A DNA stretch of 64,000 nucleotides from a virus, in IMG/VR virus record IMGVR_UViG_3300025120_000001, positions 32,001-96,000 of that record. The stretch is one strand, 5' to 3'. The notes beneath the pieces are model-generated. The model did not search any database. It was given only the letters and a program-made list of their open reading frames with translations, and was not told where the DNA came from. Shown here one piece after another: positions 56,834 to 64,000 of the stretch (the stretch's first letter is position 1; each line of letters starts with the position of its first letter). The translations under genes and the position numbers were made by a program.

Positions 56834-59800
56834 TTAAGGTGTACAGTCTGCACATGCGGCATAACTACTATCTAAATTAACACTTACTTCTTGTGCTGCA
56901 GATGAACAATTGTCTACAACAGTTAAGCATTTACTTGATAAGCTTGCCCATTCTGGTCTACCACCACTTGCCGCTAATGTAGCACCAGGATTTGTTAATT
57001 TAATCACTGAACCTACACCTATAGTTCCACAACTATGATCTGTAATTCTTACAGAATAAGGACCCCAAGCACCAGCACAATCCTGTACTACATATGTACC
57101 TGAAGCTGGAACTGTTCCTGCTGGATATGCATCAGCTGCACTTTTTATTGCTCTAGTAAGTAAAGTTCTAAATGTACCTACACCATCTTTTATATCGTTC
57201 CATTCAGAAGGACTATCTTCTTGATCTAATAAAGCTAACGCTGCGTAGTCATAGACATCATTTCTAAATAGTTGAGTAATAGTATGACTTGGTGTTAAAG
57301 ATCCCGTATAAGGCATCGTACTAGCAATTCCTTGCAATATAAAACTACTTACATCAGGGGCGGTTCTGATCCCATATTTACTAGGTGGAATTAATTCAGC
57401 TGTGTAAGCTGAAATCATTTGCAATATATTAGCTGCATCAGCTGCACCTGAACCATTTAATACTAATGGATATAGTACCGTAGATAGACCATCAGGAAAT
57501 TGATTTGATGTAATACCTGCTCCTTGAGCCCACACACTAGTTTGCGTTCCTGCTAACATGTCTATTAATGCATCATAATCTTCTTTGTAAGGTCCTGTAG
57601 GTTGAGCAGTTAAACCACTTCCGTATCCAGAAACTAATGTTGAATCATGATAATCACCGCTAGAGTCATTTGAAAATATTAATGCTATTGCAGCATTTTT
57701 ATAAACACCAGCTCCAGTTCCTCCAGGCCAAGTTTCTGGTAATTCCTCCAATGCTTGCCAAGATAAATCAGATGATTGAAGCCAGCTAGCACCATCATCA
57801 ACAATAGACTTATGATAGCCTAACCATCTTTTAGAATCTGTAGGGATAAAATATATGTTACCTGTATAGCCAAATTCTGTATTCCAGTATGTACTTAGTA
57901 TGCCAAAACCAGCTCTCAATTGACCACCTCTAACAGAGCTTATACCATTTGTATTTACAAAAACATAAATGTCTTGATCTGTATAGTCTAACTTTACATT
58001 TTCAGCAATCATTTGTACTTGAACCGTAATTGTGGCTAAAGAACAACTCTCTGCTCCTGGAATAGTAGGTTGTAATTGAACTTGGAATGTATCCGCATAA
58101 TCTTGTTCTCCTGACGGATTAATTGATGTATACGTAAATTGATTTGCAACTGCGCCTTGCACAACTGAACCTAATACTGGATTAACTATAATACTCATAT
58201 CTGGATCACCTCCGCCTAATACGTATGGTATAGTTATATCCACACTATCTCCGTTATTTCCGCATAATACTTGAATAGGATCAGATAATAAGAATGTAGG
58301 GCAAGTACAACATTCAACAACAGATCTAACTGAGTTAGTTGCATTATCCCATCCTGCATATAGATATTTTGTACTTCCTGTTAAATCATTTATTTTTCCA
58401 ACAAAGAACCAATAAGTATCAGCAGATCCGCCAAATACAGTATAGGTTTTTGCTCCGCATTCTAAAAATTGTCTTGCTACCTCAACGCCAGCTGGACAAG
58501 CCGCTATTAAAGATGTTGATGCGCATTCTTGAGGGCTTTGCAATGTAGTCCAAACCCCTGTAGCAAAATCATATCTTAATATAGTTGGGATACTTAATAA
58601 GGGTCCTGTACAAGTTGTTTGAACCTTTATATAAACGGATCCGCTTGTTTGAGAAGTTGAGATAGCTCTTACGCCATCCGCTCCTGTAACTAAACCGTTA
58701 TATGTAATACCATCTATACTCCAAGATATCTCCGCACTAAGAGGAGAGGGTTCTGTACCATAACTAACAGTTACCGCAACATCTCCAGGAGTACCAAGAT
58801 AATCCATGGTAGGACTTGATATAATTGGAGAATCACAAGGAACAGTAGCTCCTATATTTTCTGTTTTAATTATATAATCTGTTTTGTCAAACCAATATCT
58901 ATTAACAACAACCCCGGTATCATGTAAACCTAAGAAAATATCTGTTGATTCTACAGCTGCGGTGGACGGTGTATTAATTTCTCTATCTGAGCATATTACT
59001 CCAGGAATTAATACATTTTGAGGAGGACATGTAACTCTTGAGTTAGCACCTCCAATAACTGAAATTGTAACAGCGTATACCTCACCTCCAACTGCGCCTG
59101 TAAATGTATGTTGAACTGCAGTTGATGGGTTAACAATTGTTGTTGATCCTAATAATACTCCTGTAGTATTACTTGTAGCATCTATTTGATACGTTACACC
59201 GTCTCCTAAATTATTAATAAAACTTACTACTATACTGTTGGTACTAGGTGTTAGAGTTACTCCTGAAGGACACGGTAAAGTAACCGGTATAATTACTTGC
59301 TGTCTATCTGCACATTGTGAGTTTCCATCAGTTACACAAAATGGAATACTTAAATTTAATGAACCAAGTGTATTTAATGATGAAACATCAATATTAACTC
59401 CTGCAGTTGACGATACTAATCCGGATATATTAATATTTTGAGTAGTTGAACTTCCATCTGAATCTGTAACTGTTACTGTAGTAATTCCATTACAATCTGT
59501 AAAACCAACTGGGATTAGTGTTGCTTGAAAATTTAAATTAATTGCATCAGGAAGACCGTTTCCATTAGTATCTATAATATTGTACGTAAACACAAGATTT
59601 GCTGCATCACAATCTTTTGGTAAAACTCTTTGTAATTCTGATACTGCAGAATATAAATCACCAATAGTTTTCCACTGATTTGAATTAGATTCTGCCAAGT
59701 TACTAGGATTACTATTCCAACCTGTTATATCTCCCATTGTTCCAGCAACAGCTAATCTTGCATCTGAAGATGAAATTGATTGCGCTGATATTGCTCTATT

Positions 59801-60439
59801 TATAGCAGTCACGGATCCTACAGCATCTGAGTCTTGAAAAACTTTAGATTCAAGGCCTAGTGTTAATGCTGATATCCTCATTGATTGCCCCGGTCTAATT
59901 CCATTAGAAATTACTTCAAAATCAACATCAGGTCTTCCTTCACAAGGTAGTACACATGCTTCTAAAGTACTTATTCTAGCATCTATGTTTGAGATGTTTT
60001 GATTAAGTACATTAACCATTTCTATAATAGAACACAGTTGAACACCTATTAAACCAGCCCATTCGTCTGCAGGAAGTTCTGTAACTAAACCTCCCGTTTT
60101 GCTTTCATACTGCAAACACTTTGGAAGAGGTAAAATTGTGATTTCTTTACTTCCCCCAGAATTAGTACAAGCATAATCTATAATTACTTGCAATGTAGCA
60201 ACTAAATCTGCAGGTGTCTCAGCAGTCATGCATGATATATCTAATCCTGTAAGATCTGGCTCACATGTACAAGCGGCATCAACAATTTCACATAATTTTG
60301 TAGCTAGAGCTGCAACAACATCACTGATAGTATCACCATTGCATAGATCTATACATGAGATATCCGGCCCTTGCCATATAACGCAGTTTGATGAAACCGG
60401 TGTACAAGGTGAAGTAGTATTTTGTTTTGAAGGTATCAT
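56834..60439 (-). CDS. Large Cys-rich tail fibre/spike protein with coiled coil and Ig/FN3-like domains
   Basis: CVIWQGPDISC...GDTISDVV N-terminal module, IDARISTLE coiled coil, beta-rich domains, terminal YAACADC. Confidence 0.65.
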   Translation of the reverse strand: MIPSKQNTTSPCTPVSSNCVIWQGPDISCIDLCNGDTISDVVAALATKLCEIVDAACTCEPDLTGLDISCMTAETPADLVATLQVIIDYACTNSGGSKEITILPLPKCLQYESKTGGLVTELPADEWAGLIGVQLCSIIEMVNVLNQNISNIDARISTLEACVLPCEGRPDVDFEVISNGIRPGQSMRISALTLGLESKVFQDSDAVGSVTAINRAISAQSISSSDARLAVAGTMGDITGWNSNPSNLAESNSNQWKTIGDLYSAVSELQRVLPKDCDAANLVFTYNIIDTNGNGLPDAINLNFQATLIPVGFTDCNGITTVTVTDSDGSSTTQNINISGLVSSTAGVNIDVSSLNTLGSLNLSIPFCVTDGNSQCADRQQVIIPVTLPCPSGVTLTPSTNSIVVSFINNLGDGVTYQIDATSNTTGVLLGSTTIVNPSTAVQHTFTGAVGGEVYAVTISVIGGANSRVTCPPQNVLIPGVICSDREINTPSTAAVESTDIFLGLHDTGVVVNRYWFDKTDYIIKTENIGATVPCDSPIISSPTMDYLGTPGDVAVTVSYGTEPSPLSAEISWSIDGITYNGLVTGADGVRAISTSQTSGSVYIKVQTTCTGPLLSIPTILRYDFATGVWTTLQSPQECASTSLIAACPAGVEVARQFLECGAKTYTVFGGSADTYWFFVGKINDLTGSTKYLYAGWDNATNSVRSVVECCTCPTFLLSDPIQVLCGNNGDSVDITIPYVLGGGDPDMSIIVNPVLGSVVQGAVANQFTYTSINPSGEQDYADTFQVQLQPTIPGAESCSLATITVQVQMIAENVKLDYTDQDIYVFVNTNGISSVRGGQLRAGFGILSTYWNTEFGYTGNIYFIPTDSKRWLGYHKSIVDDGASWLQSSDLSWQALEELPETWPGGTGAGVYKNAAIALIFSNDSSGDYHDSTLVSGYGSGLTAQPTGPYKEDYDALIDMLAGTQTSVWAQGAGITSNQFPDGLSTVLYPLVLNGSGAADAANILQMISAYTAELIPPSKYGIRTAPDVSSFILQGIASTMPYTGSLTPSHTITQLFRNDVYDYAALALLDQEDSPSEWNDIKDGVGTFRTLLTRAIKSAADAYPAGTVPASGTYVVQDCAGAWGPYSVRITDHSCGTIGVGSVIKLTNPGATLAASGGRPEWASLSSKCLTVVDNCSSAAQEVSVNLDSSYAACADCTP

Positions 60440-60467
60440 AGTATATATAATATAATAATTTTTAATT

Positions 60468-60686
60468 TTATCCTAAATCATTGCAATCAATTGCCTTACT
60501 AATTAGACCTTCAGTTCTTTGTAGGGTAGTGTTTTGTAATTCTTCCCAATTGCAAGCTTCACGTTTAATTGTAATAGATTGAAAATCAAAAAAACAACAT
60601 GGGGTAAGCCCATACCTTCTAGATTTAAAATCTTGGTATGCTGCATCTGCAAATTCTGTTTCTATTTTAATTTTTTCCACAGGCAT
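60468..60686 (-). CDS. Small tail-associated protein (72 aa)
   Basis: ORF track; RYGLTPCC; lies within the structural operon. Confidence 0.6.
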   Translation of the reverse strand: MPVEKIKIETEFADAAYQDFKSRRYGLTPCCFFDFQSITIKREACNWEELQNTTLQRTEGLISKAIDCNDLG

Positions 60687-60689
60687 TAT

Positions 60690-60860
60690 TTATCTTAATT
60701 GTCTTTTAGCTCTTTCTAAAGTTCTTGTTAATTTATCAGCCGGCACACTAATACCACTATTATAAGCACTAACGCATGATTTATGAATGGTTTTACCATC
60801 TTTAGCTTTTGTCTTTTGACATCCACAAGAAAATCCTTTACTACAATGCGCACATTTCAT
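60690..60860 (-). CDS. Unlisted 56-aa Cys/His protein MKCAHCSKGFSCGCQK...IHKSC...
   Basis: Manual translation; fills the gap between two genes; CxxC...CGC...HxxC. Confidence 0.7.
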   Translation of the reverse strand: MKCAHCSKGFSCGCQKTKAKDGKTIHKSCVSAYNSGISVPADKLTRTLERAKRQLR

Positions 60861-60870
60861 ATATATTAGT

Positions 60871-61428
60871 TTAACAGTTGCTAGGTGATGTAGTACAAAG
60901 TATCTTTCTCAATCTACGTAAAGCATAATCATACATTGACATTCCCTTACCCGGGTTATGACAATATTCAACTTGAGCTTTTGCTGAGTCAATTAAAATG
61001 CGTAGATAGTTTATCTCACGTATAAGATCTTCTTTATCAGAAGATGGCTCACAATCAGATAAATTTAATCCGCATAATACTTCATAATATAAATTTAAAA
61101 TTGCTGTTGTACGTAAATGATTATATTCCACAAAAGTTTCAGCATTTGGAGACAGACTATATCTAATAACATAAATACCATCTGGCAGTGCTATATTCTC
61201 TTCACCACAGTTTGTTGTTTGTATTTTAAGATCACAACCCGCCAAGTTCAAATCAAAACCAGGAGTAACTTCAATTAGTGCAGGGCTATTAAAACCCGGT
61301 ACTGTAATTAATAGTTCAGGACAGTCTTTTGCTACAATATCAGAATACTGACTTGTATCCCTTATAGATAAGATCTCACAGTTTGCAACTATCGGAACCT
61401 CTAAACTTAAGATATGCTTTTCAGCCAT
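60871..61428 (-). CDS. Tail hub-like structural protein
   Basis: LSIRDTSQY...LPDGIYVIRYS pattern; position after the auxiliary capsid gene. Confidence 0.55.
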   Translation of the reverse strand: MAEKHILSLEVPIVANCEILSIRDTSQYSDIVAKDCPELLITVPGFNSPALIEVTPGFDLNLAGCDLKIQTTNCGEENIALPDGIYVIRYSLSPNAETFVEYNHLRTTAILNLYYEVLCGLNLSDCEPSSDKEDLIREINYLRILIDSAKAQVEYCHNPGKGMSMYDYALRRLRKILCTTSPSNC

Positions 61429-61453
61429 GGATTAAATATTTATACGTACAATA

Positions 61454-61465
61454 ATAATATACAAA
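61454..61465 (-). promoter_or_regulatory. Putative late promoter TTTGTATATTAT
   Basis: Exact copy of the shared motif. Confidence 0.65.
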
Positions 61466-61479
61466 AAAAACAGGAATAT

Positions 61480-61512
61480 AAAAAGAAAGGCGAGATATAA
61501 ATCTCACCTTTC
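61480..61512 (-). terminator. Intrinsic terminator after the 487-aa gene
   Basis: Minus strand GAAAGGTGAGAT-ttat-ATCTCGCCTTTC followed by T5. Confidence 0.8.
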
Positions 61513-61535
61513 AATTTTAGATATGTATGTTTAGT

Positions 61536-62999
61536 TTATAGTCCAGCCTCTACTTCAACTGTATAATTACCAACAGCAGCACATTGCGTTGCAATGGCAG
61601 CCCATAGAGTATCCATTTTAGTTGCAGTTGCACCATCACCACACTCTACAAAGATCTGATATAAATACTGATCATTGTCAAATACCCCACTTGGGTTATT
61701 TAAACGTGGAACACTGTGTTGTAAGTAATATACTTTGTACAACTTAGTTCTATCAACAGCAGCTAAGATTGGATCAAATCCTTCAATTTCACGGATTCTA
61801 GAAGAATCTCTGTTTCCTTGGTTAAATGGATTTTGAGCATATCTCTCAGTTAACAATAAAGCTCTAAGAACAGTCTCTCCTGAAGTATTAGCCATTTGTC
61901 CTGGAGTAGCTGTAGCAACACCACAGTCATTACAAGGATTTCCTGTCTCGTCTAACAAAGAAAGAATAATAGATACAGGTTCTTTTCCGTAGAAATCTCT
62001 AGTATCAAATGAACAGTCGCCAAATTTAGTGTCAATATAAGCACCAACTACACAAGCTCTAGCAGAAACTTTGTCTGCTACTGGGTCAAGTGAAACTGGA
62101 GTATAAGTTCCATCAAGTGCTTCAGCTAAAGTATAAGATGTTTCCACACCATTTACAATTGCAACAATACCTTCAGCAGAAACCTTAACTACAACAGTTG
62201 CAGTAGCATCACCACCAGTAATAGTAACAACGTCACCTTCTGTATATCCGCTACCTATCGCATCTCCAAGTGCAACCGCAGTTACTACACCAGCTGCTGC
62301 AGTAATGTCAAGAGTTAGTCCTGAACCAGTTCCACCCGTAACAGCTACGTCATTAGCAGTAACATAAGATGCAGTACCACCGAAAATTGTACCAAATCCA
62401 GTTACATTGTTACCTTCAGCAACAAATGGTTTAACAATAGGATCAGCAATTGTCATCTGCATAGCAGCAGCAAGAGCTAAAACTGGATCAAGATATTCTT
62501 GACCATCAGCACAGCAAAGTCCTGGTAGTGGTCCGCCATTAGCAGCCGCATCACCTGAACTATCACCAATTGCATAAGCATTGTGATTTAAAAAACGAAG
62601 TGCTGGACTTCCTTTTACGTCCATTCTTAAAAATAGATTCTCTCCACATGGAGCACATGTAGATCCTACAGTAACACAAGCAGTAGCTTGTTTTAAAGTA
62701 GTACAAGCAGAAACACCTAATCTACTAACGTAGTTAAAGTTAATTCCTTTTGATTTGATTGATTCTTTGTAACCCCCATGTCCTGGGTTGTTACCGATGT
62801 TGTCAGCATTGTGGAAGTTTCCACCTACTAAGTAAGCTAGATGTTTTGCAGTAGCAATGTCAGCAGCTGAATCAGAGAGCCAAGTTCTTGAATCTACTAG
62901 AGCTAAATCTCCAGCGCCCAATGCACTTGTAGCTACACCATCAGCAGCAACATCTGTTGCAAGCCAGCTTTTTGAAAAAGCATGATTAAAATAAGCCAT
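61536..62999 (-). CDS. Abundant structural protein, probable auxiliary capsid (decoration) protein
   Basis: Own promoter and terminator; A/G/V/T-rich; follows the ring gene as in crAss-like gene order. Confidence 0.55.
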   Translation of the reverse strand: MAYFNHAFSKSWLATDVAADGVATSALGAGDLALVDSRTWLSDSAADIATAKHLAYLVGGNFHNADNIGNNPGHGGYKESIKSKGINFNYVSRLGVSACTTLKQATACVTVGSTCAPCGENLFLRMDVKGSPALRFLNHNAYAIGDSSGDAAANGGPLPGLCCADGQEYLDPVLALAAAMQMTIADPIVKPFVAEGNNVTGFGTIFGGTASYVTANDVAVTGGTGSGLTLDITAAAGVVTAVALGDAIGSGYTEGDVVTITGGDATATVVVKVSAEGIVAIVNGVETSYTLAEALDGTYTPVSLDPVADKVSARACVVGAYIDTKFGDCSFDTRDFYGKEPVSIILSLLDETGNPCNDCGVATATPGQMANTSGETVLRALLLTERYAQNPFNQGNRDSSRIREIEGFDPILAAVDRTKLYKVYYLQHSVPRLNNPSGVFDNDQYLYQIFVECGDGATATKMDTLWAAIATQCAAVGNYTVEVEAGL

Positions 63000-63050
63000 T
63001 TTTTTTTATTTTATAAATTTAGAAATACAATTTGCCCACTTTGGACATAT

Positions 63051-63062
63051 ATAATATACAAA
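63051..63062 (-). promoter_or_regulatory. Putative late promoter TTTG-N20-TATATTAT
   Basis: Exact shared motif with canonical Bacteroidetes -33 TTTG at 20 nt spacing. Confidence 0.7.
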
Positions 63063-63088
63063 AACTTTTTTGATAAAACAAAAGAAAT

Positions 63089-63796
63089 TTAGTTAGATCT
63101 TTCAGCAGCTTGTTGCTCTCTTTGCATTTGATTATAATTGTCATAATCACCAGCAATAATTGCAGCCGCTTCATCTAATATAAGTTCTACAATATCATCT
63201 TTAAATTCTGATTCTACATCTACAATAGAAACTAAACCAGTATATGGATTTAGTATTCCTGTAAATTGAATATAAGTAGGTCTTCTATAGTACGTTAAAA
63301 TAGGATCAACAATATCAAAATCTTTGTTTCTATATATTCTGATTGTATTTCCTAATAGAGTACAGAAGGTTTCAGCCCAATCATAACTAGGATTTTTTAA
63401 AGGATCTCTCAAATTAAGATTAACATTAGCCTCTTCTGTAAGATATACTGACATTGGGAGATTATTTGGACAGCATTCATTTTTAGCACTAGCACTAATT
63501 CTTTTATACTCCAAATAATCTTCTGTTGGAAAGTTATCTGTTTCAAAATAAGTATCTACTTGGGCGCCTGTTAGTGGTAACTCTTGTAATAAAACTTGCA
63601 TATCATCAATACGCCTTTTAGAGAATTCATCTCCTTCTTTATATACGTTACCACCATGAAGCTGTCTTCTAGACCACTCTACAGCAGCTTTATTAAATGC
63701 CTCAATTACTTGCCATTTTTCAATGTTATCATAGTCGTTGCTATCTAACTTATTAAGCCTTTGCTTTAATTTTATTTGTAGAGTGTTATTATCCAT
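63089..63796 (-). CDS. Tail ring / head-tail connector protein (crAss-like)
   Basis: RLNKLDSNDYDNI...EAFNKA...LTYYRRP...ELILDEAA. Confidence 0.7.
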   Translation of the reverse strand: MDNNTLQIKLKQRLNKLDSNDYDNIEKWQVIEAFNKAAVEWSRRQLHGGNVYKEGDEFSKRRIDDMQVLLQELPLTGAQVDTYFETDNFPTEDYLEYKRISASAKNECCPNNLPMSVYLTEEANVNLNLRDPLKNPSYDWAETFCTLLGNTIRIYRNKDFDIVDPILTYYRRPTYIQFTGILNPYTGLVSIVDVESEFKDDIVELILDEAAAIIAGDYDNYNQMQREQQAAERSN

Positions 63797-64000
63797 TATG
63801 CGTTCCAGTAAGGTTCAACTTTATCCATTAAAGTTTTTAATATTTCATCATTCTCAGGATTCTGCAAGAATGAAACCACTTCGCTTGGAACCTTTCCTAG
63901 TCTAACACTATTATCTAAAGGTTCAATAAATCCATTTGCTTTTAATAACATAAATCTGTAAAACATACAATCCTTAACTAAAGCTCTAATCTTTAAGTTT
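63796..64000 (-). CDS. 3' end of a conserved virion-module gene (partial)
   Basis: Frame open from the window edge: ...EVVSFLQNPENDEIL...YWNA*; TAATG coupling to the ring gene. Confidence 0.6.
   Translation of the reverse strand, partial: NLKIRALVKDCMFYRFMLLKANGFIEPLDNSVRLGKVPSEVVSFLQNPENDEILKTLMDKVEPYWNA

Noticed and set aside
1907-60455. Numerous 60-131 aa ORFs antisense to or nested in long genes (e.g. 2948..3343, 5324..5668, 17741..18067, 24471..24860, 35122..35484, 39825..40199)
   Set aside because: Shadow frames of well-supported genes; no motifs, coupling or promoter context
1-64000. Stop-codon reassignment (TAG or TGA), known in some crAss-like phages
   Set aside because: Giant ORFs are intact in code 11, TAG and TGA act as stops at tight gene junctions, and the only tRNA is not a suppressor

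Overview
The window is 64 kb of an AT-rich lytic phage genome of the crAss-like (Crassvirales-related) type. The host is probably a flavobacterium: leaders are A-rich with no Shine-Dalgarno, promoters are Bacteroidetes-like and the RNR is flavobacterial. Standard code 11 applies. Almost all genes are on the minus strand and form the virion module. Read in transcription order they are: a gene just downstream of the capsid gene (partial), ring protein, auxiliary capsid protein, Cys-rich tail hub/fibre proteins, metallophosphoesterase, IHF/HU-like protein, two ring proteins flanking four tiny basic proteins, a 2149-aa muzzle/stabilisation protein, three cargo proteins (two with cell-wall-hydrolase-like domains), and three giant ejected proteins (1151, 5366 and about 1926 aa). 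The 5366-aa protein carries the two-barrel RNAP motif DFDID and a zincin HExxH. An inverted plus-strand cassette encodes a class Id-type ribonucleotide reductase and tRNA-Arg(UCU). Membrane/holin genes, more small basic proteins and two receptor-binding proteins follow. Strongest leads: (1) by manual scan the three giant ejected proteins (about 8,440 aa) contain only two cysteines, one at the C-terminus of the RNAP polyprotein and one at the N-terminus of the next protein, suggesting a head-to-tail covalent link; (2) a recurring [FYMA]xxGG motif punctuates the cargo proteins and small basic proteins at domain boundaries; (3) a longer portable tag, YNxxGxxVPGM[YF]KK, is shared by unrelated micro-proteins; (4) an anticodon-less tRNA-like fold sits next to the tRNA. 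All family assignments come from motif recognition and gene order, not database searches.
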